From Thermodesulfobacteriota bacterium (lineage in GTDB: Bacteria; Desulfobacterota; Binatia; Bin18), in assembly GCA_964291405.2 (NCBI GenBank), contig OZ219924.1:1-38655 (forward strand): 38,655 nucleotides of DNA, in the 5' to 3' direction. The notes under the pieces are model-generated. The model was not told the DNA's origin, did no database searches, and saw nothing but the letters and a program-made list of their open reading frames with translations. Shown here piece by piece: positions 1 through 8,318 of this stretch. Positions within the stretch are counted from its first letter, which is position 1. Each line of letters starts with the position of its first letter. The position numbers and the translations under genes were made by a program.

Positions 1-273
1 CAGTCCCGGAATGCCGCGGGAGTAGCCTCGCTTCAGACCTCCGACTTCATCGAGTCGTCCAGACCCGAAGAGGTCGGCCCCCAAAAAAGAGCCGTACACC
101 AGGACGACCGCGCGGACTCCCGCGTCCCACATGCGCGTGCCCAGACGTCCGAGTGCGTCGTGCCAGGCAGGAGAAAAAGGCGGAGCCCCGGGTTCAAACG
201 ACAGGTACCGGGCCCGATCCCCCGGATCCGAGCGGGAATACTTGGCATGGAGAAAATTATTGGCTTTGGGCAT
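1..273 (-). CDS. Hypothetical protein, 5' part only (runs off the left edge)
   Basis: Not in the ORF track. Manual translation from ATG 273 is open to position 1: MPKANNFLHAKYSRSDPGDRARYLSFEPG...GVRAVVLVYGSFLGADLFGSGRLDEVGGLKRGYSRGIPGL. Divergent from the 561 gene. Confidence 0.7.
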   Translation of the reverse strand, partial: MPKANNFLHAKYSRSDPGDRARYLSFEPGAPPFSPAWHDALGRLGTRMWDAGVRAVVLVYGSFLGADLFGSGRLDEVGGLKRGYSRGIPGL

Positions 274-390
274 GAGCCGAAACCCGGATGAATCGAACGT
301 TGATTTGCCCTGCTGTCATACCTTGAATAGGGATGCCTGCGCAAATCGGGGACGGCGGTGAGAGCGGTTGCAGCGCGCTCGTTCGCGTAG

Positions 391-420
391 TTGACCACGG
401 AAAAACCGGCATGGTAGATT
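391..420 (+). promoter_or_regulatory. Putative sigma70 promoter for the 561 gene
   Basis: TTGACC (391-396), 18-nt spacer ending TGG, TAGATT (415-420). Confidence 0.35.
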
Positions 421-560
421 GACCGTCTACCCTCTCACAAAGAGGGATATGAGGCTGATTATTGGAAACACAGAACGGCGGTGCGTACTCCAGTCTCCTG
501 CGTGTCGACACCACGTCCTCCAATAAATTTCAACAACCCTGAAAACAGAATTCTGGAACC

Positions 561-1577
561 ATGTTTGCAAAAATTACATTTGCTGCTCTTGCGATTTTGA
601 CCCTCTGTTTTTCCGCAAAGCCCCAGGTTTTTGCGGCGTCAACCCCGACCCAAGCCGATCACGTTCTGCTGTTTGTCTTGGAGGGCGTGGGCAATGACGT
701 GATTCAAAACGGGACCATGCCGGTTCTCCAGAAGCTCGCCCGGGAAGGGGCGGTCACCTGGAAAGCCCAATCGGTGTCTCCGTACACGGTGCCGTCCATG
801 GCCAGCCTCCTGACGGGGCTGCCCGTCAAGAAGCACCGCGTGAATCAGGAATGGGAGACCTACGATTTTTCCCGGTCCTTTCTTCGGTCGCCGACCATGT
901 TCGATTATCTTGATCTTGCCGGCGGGATCGATACGGCGCTCTTCATCATGGATGAGCGGTTTTATCAATTGGCCAGACCGGAGATTTACGTAGACCTGCA
1001 AACGTGCGGGAAGGCCAAACCCCAGTGCAATCCCTCAACCCTCGTGGACTACATTGAGGATTATCTCAAAAAAGTGACCAGCCCCGGCGGCTTTAATTTT
1101 CGTATCTTCAAGATCCCCGGTCTCCTGGTGGCCCACCTTCCTGAGCCGGCGGATGTCGCACACAAACGCGGGTGGGAGTCACGGCAGTATGCCCAGGCCC
1201 TGCAAGACGTTGATACGGCCATCGCGGACGTGATGGCGCTCTATCAGCAATACGGGGTTCTGGATAAAACCATGATCATGGTCACGGGCTTGAGAGGAGC
1301 GGATTCCCCTAAAGCTTCGAACGCGAAAATGGGGGTGCCTGAGCAAACGGCGATTCCATGGCTTGCCTGGGGGGTAAACGTGAAGCCCGGATACGCCATT
1401 CCCGATCGCGTGAATATCATGGACGTCGGGGCCACGGTGCTTGAAGCACTCGGATTGGAAACCCACACCGAATGGGAGAGTCGCGCGTTGACGGACATCT
1501 TTCAAAAGCGACCCGAACGAAGGACAACGGGAAATGAGACGTTCGAACTTAAATCTTCCTCGATTCGTAGGAAATAG
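561..1577 (+). CDS. Exported alkaline-phosphatase-superfamily (NPP/phosphodiesterase-like) protein with degenerate metal ligands
   Basis: Signal peptide; HVLLFVLEG first strand; TVPSMASLLTG nucleophile helix; IPWLAWG and MDVGATVL C-terminal motifs. Confidence 0.8.
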   Translation: MFAKITFAALAILTLCFSAKPQVFAASTPTQADHVLLFVLEGVGNDVIQNGTMPVLQKLAREGAVTWKAQSVSPYTVPSMASLLTGLPVKKHRVNQEWETYDFSRSFLRSPTMFDYLDLAGGIDTALFIMDERFYQLARPEIYVDLQTCGKAKPQCNPSTLVDYIEDYLKKVTSPGGFNFRIFKIPGLLVAHLPEPADVAHKRGWESRQYAQALQDVDTAIADVMALYQQYGVLDKTMIMVTGLRGADSPKASNAKMGVPEQTAIPWLAWGVNVKPGYAIPDRVNIMDVGATVLEALGLETHTEWESRALTDIFQKRPERRTTGNETFELKSSSIRRK

Positions 1578-1995
1578 CATCCTGGCATGCAGCCTCGTCG
1601 CAACCGTGCTGGTCGGCGACGTCGGCGCGGCGCGGGAGGCCGTGAATCCGCTCACGCGGGAATATACGATTACGATTGATCCCACGGCGCTGGATCCCCC
1701 GACCTGGTGGCACGTGCCGGGCGTGACCCCGTTGATCTGGACCAAAGATCCCATCACGTATGAGTCCTACAAGACGACCGACGTGCGGGAAATTAAATTG
1801 AAACCGGGCGAGTATCGTTTCGGGACCTTCACGTTCGACTTCGCGTTTCTGGTGACGTTGGAAGGCAAGTTGGAATTTGATCGAACCTTGGCGCAATGCG
1901 TGGACGGACTCGGGACGGCCAGGCTCGTGATCCGGTGCAGCCACACGCAGCCCTACAAGCAAGAACGCGATTACGATTATCCCTCCGCCCCGTAA
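1534..1995 (+). CDS. Hypothetical exported protein
   Basis: 153-aa ORF with a hydrophobic N-terminal segment. It fills the gap between co-oriented genes; the start is uncertain (44-nt overlap). Confidence 0.65.
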   Translation: MRRSNLNLPRFVGNSILACSLVATVLVGDVGAAREAVNPLTREYTITIDPTALDPPTWWHVPGVTPLIWTKDPITYESYKTTDVREIKLKPGEYRFGTFTFDFAFLVTLEGKLEFDRTLAQCVDGLGTARLVIRCSHTQPYKQERDYDYPSAP

Positions 1996-2018
1996 GACGC
2001 CTCATCAATTCCTGAACC

Positions 2019-3404
2019 ATGTCACAGACTGTCGAACACTGGATCGAAGCGTTAGACGACGTTGACGACGCCACGCGGGAAGAAGCCGCGAAGGCACTCG
2101 CGGAGTTGGGCGATCCCGAAACCCTCGAGGCCCTCACGACGGCCTTGGAGGACGATTATTGGGCCGTTCGGGTGCACGTGGGATGGGCGTTCGCCAAAAT
2201 CGGCGGGGACGTGGCCTCCGACGCGCTCATCACGTTGTTCAACGACAACATGATGGAAGTACAGGATGAGGCCGTGTCCGCCATGGCCTCCATGGGGACA
2301 AGCACCGTCACGAAACTTATTCCCTGTTTGAAAGATGACCGGTGGCGCGTTCGGCAGCAGGCCGGGAAGACCTTGGGGTTGCTCAAAGAGCCCGAGGCCG
2401 TTCAACCGCTGATGATCGCCTGTCGTGACCGTGACGGGGCCGTGAAGAGCGCGGCGGCCGAGGCGCTGGGACGGATCGGTGATCCGCGAGCCGTGCCGGC
2501 TTTAATCAAACTGTTCAAGGATACCTCGAAAATTGTCCGGGAGACCGCCGGAACCGCCTTGGTGTACATCGGCGAAGCCTCTATTCCCGCCCTTCTGGAA
2601 ACACTGAACGATCCGCACTTCGTGGTCCGTTGTCACGGCGTTCGGGCGTTGGGCGGCATGACGACCGACTACCAAATGGGGCGGGCGTGGACCAGGGACG
2701 CGCGCGTGGTCGAGGCGTTGATCCGCGCGTTGAAGGATGAAGACCGGGCGGTTCGCGAAGATGCCACGATTGCTTTGGGTATCATCGGGGACCCCCTGGC
2801 TGTTGACGGGCTCATCGACGCCATGCGGGACGGAGCCGTAAAGCGTCACGCGATCGCCTCGCTGGGCATGATCGGGGACGCCCGGGCCTTGCCGCCCGTG
2901 TTGGATGCCCTCAAGGGCAAGGGCATTGCTCAACAGGGGAGACCGACTCCCGGATGTATCATCAGCGAAGAACAACTCATCAAAGAAGCCGCGGCCACGG
3001 CGCTGGGCCATTTTCGGGATCCGAAGGTGCTTCCGGATCTGATCCTGCTGTTAAAGGATATCGTGTTGCGGGAGTACGCCGCCTCGTCGTTGGTCCTGAT
3101 CGGCGACGCGGCCGTCGAACCGCTGGTGGCCTTTCTGCATGATCCCGAGGCCTCCAAGGTGGAAAAAGAAAGCGAACGGGTGTTGGCGTTTGCATCGACC
3201 AGGCTGACGGCGTCGAGTGCATTAAAAAGGACCGTGGTGGAAACTCTTGAGAAACTTGGCTGGGAAGCGCCCAAAGACGATGCACACGTGGGCGTCAAGG
3301 ATATCGAATACACCGACCCGGATAAGGTGCTCGGTGAAGAAGGCCGGTTCGGGCCTTCCGGGGACTTTGCCAGGCCGGCCAAACCCTACCGTATCGAACG
3401 CTGA
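2019..3404 (+). CDS. HEAT repeat (PBS-lyase-like) protein
   Basis: Many L..D....VR..AA.ALG.IGD..AV..LI..L repeats. Confidence 0.9.
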   Translation: MSQTVEHWIEALDDVDDATREEAAKALAELGDPETLEALTTALEDDYWAVRVHVGWAFAKIGGDVASDALITLFNDNMMEVQDEAVSAMASMGTSTVTKLIPCLKDDRWRVRQQAGKTLGLLKEPEAVQPLMIACRDRDGAVKSAAAEALGRIGDPRAVPALIKLFKDTSKIVRETAGTALVYIGEASIPALLETLNDPHFVVRCHGVRALGGMTTDYQMGRAWTRDARVVEALIRALKDEDRAVREDATIALGIIGDPLAVDGLIDAMRDGAVKRHAIASLGMIGDARALPPVLDALKGKGIAQQGRPTPGCIISEEQLIKEAAATALGHFRDPKVLPDLILLLKDIVLREYAASSLVLIGDAAVEPLVAFLHDPEASKVEKESERVLAFASTRLTASSALKRTVVETLEKLGWEAPKDDAHVGVKDIEYTDPDKVLGEEGRFGPSGDFARPAKPYRIER

Positions 3405-3429
3405 CTATTGCCCGCAAACGCGCGGGCAA

Positions 3430-3519
3430 CCCTCACCCCAGCCCTCTCCCAGTGGGAGAGGGAGTTCAGGAAACAGCGCGGGCTGCCCTCACCCCAACTC
3501 TCTCCCGGCGGGTGAGAGG
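3430..3519. repeat. Two tandem REP-like palindromic elements between convergent genes
   Basis: CCCTCACCCCAGCCCTCTCCCAGTGGGAGAGGG (3430-3462) and CCCTCACCCCAACTCTCTCCCGGCGGGTGAGAGG (3486-3519), each containing a CTCTCCC..GGG(T)(G)AGAG hairpin. Confidence 0.75.
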
Positions 3520-3529
3520 CATTCAGGCA

Positions 3530-5176
3530 TTAGGGCTTTTGGAAGTGGAGAATACCCCAGGTAAGGTTGCCGCCCTTCCCGCCGTCGATCCAGTGTTGCA
3601 GACCGGATTTCATCCGCTCGATGTAGTCTTCGCTGCAGACTCTCACCAAACTCCATTGATTGGCCAGGACTTCTTCCAGGACCCGCCTATAATGAGTACT
3701 CAGTTGTTCCGTGTAGTCCTCAATGGCAAGCTCTTTGAACCCGAGTCCCAACAGCATGTCCTTGTAGCGCGGTATTGAGCCCAGCGAGTCGAGGTGAATA
3801 CGGTCGAGAATCGGTTGCAAGGCTTCCTGCGGGCAGGTTTCACTCTGCATCGGGTCGGTAAAAATGAACTGCCCTCCCGGGGCAAGGACCCGATTGACTT
3901 CTTCAAAGACCTTCTCGCGATTCCCGCTATGCAAAATAGCATCCTGCGACCACACCACGTCCACGCTACCGTCCGGCAAGGGAATATCTTCAAAACTTCC
4001 GTCAACGACATTAATGGCCAGGGAGCATTTCTCATGGGCGTTGAGTTCGCGGTTTCTGGCATTCTGGGTTTCGCTCAAATTCAGACAGCCCACCTGGCAT
4101 CCATAGTGTTTGACCAGGTACCTGGCCGACCCGCCGTACCCGGAACCGATGTCCAACACCCGGGTGGCCGGCCCGAGATCCTTGACCATGGAGGCCATTT
4201 TCTGAACCGTCTTGCGACTCGCGTCGAAAATCGTATCCGTGTCGTGTTCATACAGCCCGACGTGAATGTCCTCGCCCCCCCACACGGTGGCGTAAAACCG
4301 GTCGGCATCGTGGCTGTTATAGTAGCTTCTGGCGGTCTCGACGGGTTGGGAATACCCCACTGAAACTTTGATGGCCCGTTCCTCGTTTTTATACAGTTTT
4401 TCCGCCATGTGGATATAGAAATCAGGATCCTCGACGCGGTGGGTCTCTTGAAAGTCCGCGAAAGTCTTGACTTGTTGAAACCCCACTTCTCCCATGAGTT
4501 TCCTCACGTAATCCTTGCGCAGGGGGAACATATTAAGGTGATATTCCGAGTCGTCCGGGAACCGGTACCGGAATCGGGCCAGGCCCTCATCCACGTATTC
4601 AGGCTCGGCGCTCACGTTATCCCCGCAATAATAATAGACGTGTTTGGAGGTGAATCCGTTGTCGAGGATGCCGTCGTAATTCCGTTGATCCAGGATCAGG
4701 ACGCCGTCGTGGTTGAGTACAGAATAGAATTCGGCCAGGGCTTTGCGGCGGTCCTGTTCCGAAAACAAGTGGGTCAGGGAGTTTCCCAGGCAAATGACCG
4801 CATCATATTGGGTGTGGACATCCCGGCTCAGCCACCGCCAGTCGGCATGCAGGGTCTTCATAATGAAGCCCGCGCGTTTGGCGTTTTCAAAGGCTTGAGC
4901 CAGCATTTCCGGGCTGCCGTCCCCGCTGGTCACGTCGAATCCGGCCTTCAGGAGCCGAATGGAGTGAAAACCGGTGCCCGTTGCCACGTCCAGGACCCGC
5001 CGGACCCCGCGTTCTTTCATGATATTGATGAAAAAGTCCCCTTCACTCTTGGCGCGGGCCTCCCAGTCGATGAGTTCATCCCATTTTCGGACAAAGCCGT
5101 GGACATATTCGCGTTTGTATTGGTCGGTTTTTCGTTGGGCGATGGGATTGTCACCGTACAACTGTTCTTTACCCAT
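3530..5176 (-). CDS. Fused glycine/sarcosine N-methyltransferase and sarcosine/dimethylglycine N-methyltransferase (GSMT-SDMT; betaine synthesis from glycine)
   Basis: Two SAM-binding motifs (VLDVATGTG, VLDIGSGYGG). N-half has GSMT signatures KWDELIDW, ICLGNS.THLF, DQRNYD, YYYCG; C-half has SDMT signatures WGGEDIHVG and WSQDAILH. SD GAGGAGG. Confidence 0.9.
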   Translation of the reverse strand: MGKEQLYGDNPIAQRKTDQYKREYVHGFVRKWDELIDWEARAKSEGDFFINIMKERGVRRVLDVATGTGFHSIRLLKAGFDVTSGDGSPEMLAQAFENAKRAGFIMKTLHADWRWLSRDVHTQYDAVICLGNSLTHLFSEQDRRKALAEFYSVLNHDGVLILDQRNYDGILDNGFTSKHVYYYCGDNVSAEPEYVDEGLARFRYRFPDDSEYHLNMFPLRKDYVRKLMGEVGFQQVKTFADFQETHRVEDPDFYIHMAEKLYKNEERAIKVSVGYSQPVETARSYYNSHDADRFYATVWGGEDIHVGLYEHDTDTIFDASRKTVQKMASMVKDLGPATRVLDIGSGYGGSARYLVKHYGCQVGCLNLSETQNARNRELNAHEKCSLAINVVDGSFEDIPLPDGSVDVVWSQDAILHSGNREKVFEEVNRVLAPGGQFIFTDPMQSETCPQEALQPILDRIHLDSLGSIPRYKDMLLGLGFKELAIEDYTEQLSTHYRRVLEEVLANQWSLVRVCSEDYIERMKSGLQHWIDGGKGGNLTWGILHFQKP

Positions 5177-5270
5177 GGTCCACCTCCTCGATAGTCAAAT
5201 CCCTTTCCCGTCGAGCCGAGGCTCTAGCGTGGCTGGATGAAACGACGAAAAAGGGTATTGGGGAATCTCC

Positions 5271-5299
5271 ACTCTAACGATTTGGTCCCCTTAGAGCAA
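5271..5299 (-). promoter_or_regulatory. Putative sigma70 promoter for GSMT-SDMT
   Basis: Minus strand TTGCTC-N17-TAGAGT. Confidence 0.4.
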
Positions 5300-5468
5300 C
5301 CCTTAATCTGTCCGATGGAATTGACCTTGAGTTCTCGGGACGTTCCGGTCAAACTATCTGAATAATATCTTTTATGATGGGGCTATTATAACTTGTCGAT
5401 TTTAAATGTTTTTATGAGTCTTGCCGCACTGACGGCAACGCAGGGATCGTTTCTCGCACGCTTATCCG

Positions 5469-6962
5469 ATGAAAACCGCCACTCCGGTCTTTAAGGTTTC
5501 CTTTTCCATTGCCGCGACATTTTTGGTGTGGGGGGCCGTGGCTCCCGCCCAATTGGCCGCGGTCACTTCCGCGATCCAGCGCTGGTTGCTGGATGCGTTC
5601 GGGTGGTTCTATCTCCTCTGTGCGGTCGGGTTGTTGGTCATGGCTGTCACGCTGATCTTTTCGAGATACGGGGACATCCCCTTGGGCAAGGATGGGGAAA
5701 AGCCGGAATTTCCGTTGGCCACGTGGTTTGCCATGTTGTTTTGCGCCGGGATGGGCATCGGGTTGGTGTTTTGGGGCGTGGCAGAACCCACCGCTCATTT
5801 TTATGACCCGCCCAGAGGACCGGGTGAGACTCCGGAAGCCGCCAGCTTGGCCCTTCAGTATTCGTTTTTTCATTGGGGGCTGCACCCGTGGGGGATTTAC
5901 ACCATGGTGGCGATGTGTTTGGCCTATTTTCAATTTCGGAAAGGCAAACCAGGGTTGTTCAGCGCAAGTTGTGAGCCGCTCTTCGGCGAACGTATGAAGG
6001 GTCCGCTTGGACAAGCCATTGATGTTATTGCGGTTTTTGCCACGGTGTTCGGGGTGGCCACGTCATTGGGCTTCGGGGCCATCCAAATCAGCGGGGGCCT
6101 CTCCTACCTGTTTACCCTGTCCAATACCGTCATTCTGCAACTGGTGATGATTGCCGTGGTCACGGTGTTGTTCATCCTGTCCGCGCAGACCGGCCTTCAA
6201 CGCGGGATCAAATACTTGAGCAACCTGAACATGGTGCTGGCGATCTCGTTAATGGCCTTTCTCTTGTTCCTGGGCCCGACGAAGTTCATCATGGAGGTCT
6301 TTACCTCGGCGCTGGGCGCCTATCTTCAGAATCTGCCCACCATGAGTCTGTACCTGGCGCCATTCGACGACTCCCGGTGGATACAGGATTGGACCTTGTT
6401 TTACTGGGCATGGTGGATTGCCTGGGCACCGTTCGTCGGGACCTTTATCGCCAGAATTTCCCGCGGCCGTACCGTCCGGGAGTTTGTCCTGGGCGTGTTG
6501 TTGGTCCCGACGCTCTTTTGCGCATTCTGGTTTTCCGTTTTCGGCGGGACGGCCATTTCATTGGACATGTTCGAGCAGGCGGGCATGAAACAGGTCATCG
6601 ACTCGCAAGGGAAAGAAGTCGCCCTGTTCACGCTGTTGGAGCATTTCCCCTTCGGCGGGATCATGTCGCTCATCGCGATTTTCCTGATCGCCACGTTTTT
6701 CATCACGTCCGCGGATTCCGCCACGTTCGTGCTGGGCACGTTGACGTCGAACGGCAATCTGAACCCGCCGAATGCCATCAAGTTCACGTGGGGAATCATC
6801 CAATCCGTCTTGGCAGCCGTGTTGCTGTGGTCCGGCGGGCTCAAGGGTCTTCAAACGGGCTCGATCCTGGCCGCGTTTCCCTTTGCCGTGATCATGCTGC
6901 TTCTGATGTTGTCCCTCTTCCGGTCATTCAAGGAAGAGATACGCGGACAGGCGGGCGTATAG
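5469..6962 (+). CDS. BCCT-family glycine betaine transporter (OpuD/BetL-like)
   Basis: About 12 TM helices; WFAMLFCAGMGIGLVFWG, FFHWGLHPW, WTLFYWAWWIAWAPFVG (Trp box), FFITSADS. Confidence 0.93.
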   Translation: MKTATPVFKVSFSIAATFLVWGAVAPAQLAAVTSAIQRWLLDAFGWFYLLCAVGLLVMAVTLIFSRYGDIPLGKDGEKPEFPLATWFAMLFCAGMGIGLVFWGVAEPTAHFYDPPRGPGETPEAASLALQYSFFHWGLHPWGIYTMVAMCLAYFQFRKGKPGLFSASCEPLFGERMKGPLGQAIDVIAVFATVFGVATSLGFGAIQISGGLSYLFTLSNTVILQLVMIAVVTVLFILSAQTGLQRGIKYLSNLNMVLAISLMAFLLFLGPTKFIMEVFTSALGAYLQNLPTMSLYLAPFDDSRWIQDWTLFYWAWWIAWAPFVGTFIARISRGRTVREFVLGVLLVPTLFCAFWFSVFGGTAISLDMFEQAGMKQVIDSQGKEVALFTLLEHFPFGGIMSLIAIFLIATFFITSADSATFVLGTLTSNGNLNPPNAIKFTWGIIQSVLAAVLLWSGGLKGLQTGSILAAFPFAVIMLLLMLSLFRSFKEEIRGQAGV

Positions 6963-6998
6963 GCTAACCCCTTTACAGCCTCCATGTACGCGATTTTA

Positions 6999-7028
6999 TT
7001 GACCCTCAAAAAATCGCTGTGATAAGTT
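6999..7028 (+). promoter_or_regulatory. Putative promoter for the downstream HEAT operon
   Basis: TTGACC (6999-7004), 18-nt spacer, extended TGn, TAAGTT (7023-7028). Confidence 0.35.
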
Positions 7029-7114
7029 GCTTGGATGCGGGTTCCTCGGCATTCCCCCTATCGACAGAGGGAAAAATGAGGCAAACCCGTTTTTGTGGGG
7101 CATGGGGGTGGCAT

Positions 7115-7163
7115 CCGTTCGCTTCGCTTCCTTCGACTTTGCTCAGGACAGGCAGGGCAGGCT
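7115..7163. repeat. Nested short palindromic repeat elements
   Basis: Minus strand reads AGCCTGCCCTG|CCTGTCCTGAGCAAAGTCGAAGGA|AGCGAAGCGAACGG: one CCTGAGC..GTCGAAGG unit inserted into a related unit. Confidence 0.6.
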
Positions 7164-7190
7164 CCGGCTCGCCCTGACAAAGGGATCATC

Positions 7191-8282
7191 ATGGGCGATA
7201 GTGTGGCGGAACACATTGCCGCCTTAAAGGATGAGGATTGGGGTATCCGCGAAGATGCGGCCATTGCCCTTGGCGAATCCCGTGACCCCAGGGGAGTGAA
7301 TCCGTTGATCGAGGCTTTACGGGATTCCGATCGAGCCGTGAAAACTGCCGCCACCAGCGCGTTGACGGCTATCGGAGGCCCGGCGGTGGTGGATTTGAGT
7401 TACTGCTTGCAGGACCCGGATTTGTCCGTACAGGAAGCTGCGGCGTCCATTTTGTCCGAAATTGCCGATGAGCGGGTGCTCGAACCCTTGGAGTCCGCGC
7501 TCCTGAACCAGGATTGGGTCGTGCGCATGCATGCCGCCCGCGCCGTGGGGCGACTCAAAAACCCACGGTCGGTGGAGACCCTGGTGCTCTTGCTCCAGGA
7601 TAAGGTGCCGGCAGTCCGCGATGAAGCCATTGCGGCATTAGTCGCCATTGGTGAGTCGGCGGTGGAGCCTCTGGTGGCGGCGCTTAAAGATCAGGATTGG
7701 CGGGTCCGCCTGCGAGCCACGGAAGCGTTGTGTGTCTTGAAATCCCCGACTGCGGTCGAGCCTCTGGTGCGAATAGTGCAGCACGATCCCGATACGGCCG
7801 TGCGCCAGGAGGCCATTCGGGCGCTCGGGTATATCGGGGATAAGGCCGCAGTCGACGCGCTCTTGGGGCTCGTTGAGGAACCGCGTTTACAGGTTCGCGT
7901 CATCGAAGCCCTCGGGAGAATCGGCGACCGGCGCGTGCTCCCGTTGTTGTTTCGACTGGTGAGCGAGTTGAAGACGAGCGATTATGAAGATCGAACCCCG
8001 GCCTGTGAGGATAACCGGTACGAAGAGGATCTGGCCAGCGTGGAAGAGGCCATTCGGGCGATTGCCCGCATCCATGACGAGGAGGCCATTCCTTTGTTGA
8101 TCACGGCGCTGCAAAGCACCCTGATCCGGAACGAAGCGAGTGAAGCCCTGGTCCAGTTCGGACAGAAGGCCGTGGCCCCCTTGGTGAGCCAACTGCAACG
8201 CGAACAGGATGAAAACATCCGCTACCATATCAAGGAAACCCTGATCCAATTGGGATGGAACCCCAAACGGGTGCGGTTGTAG
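7191..8282 (+). CDS. HEAT repeat protein
   Basis: Tandem HEAT repeats. Start moved to ATG 7191 (MGDSVAEHI); the ORF-track extension from 7095 reads through the repeat element. Confidence 0.9.
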   Translation: MGDSVAEHIAALKDEDWGIREDAAIALGESRDPRGVNPLIEALRDSDRAVKTAATSALTAIGGPAVVDLSYCLQDPDLSVQEAAASILSEIADERVLEPLESALLNQDWVVRMHAARAVGRLKNPRSVETLVLLLQDKVPAVRDEAIAALVAIGESAVEPLVAALKDQDWRVRLRATEALCVLKSPTAVEPLVRIVQHDPDTAVRQEAIRALGYIGDKAAVDALLGLVEEPRLQVRVIEALGRIGDRRVLPLLFRLVSELKTSDYEDRTPACEDNRYEEDLASVEEAIRAIARIHDEEAIPLLITALQSTLIRNEASEALVQFGQKAVAPLVSQLQREQDENIRYHIKETLIQLGWNPKRVRL

Positions 8283-8318
8283 CCCCGACTGCGTAGAAAG
8301 GGATAAGACCAGGCCGCC

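Noticed and set aside
4409-5194. Long antisense or alternative-frame ORFs (e.g. 4409-5194+, 9477-10202-, 28215-28856-, 30098-30808-, 32342-33034-)
   Set aside because: They are shadows of well-supported genes in GC-rich DNA and carry no recognisable motifs.
7080-7110. c-di-GMP-I riboswitch (GGCAAACC)
   Set aside because: The GAAA tetraloop stem and the downstream GCAAAG/P2 elements are missing.
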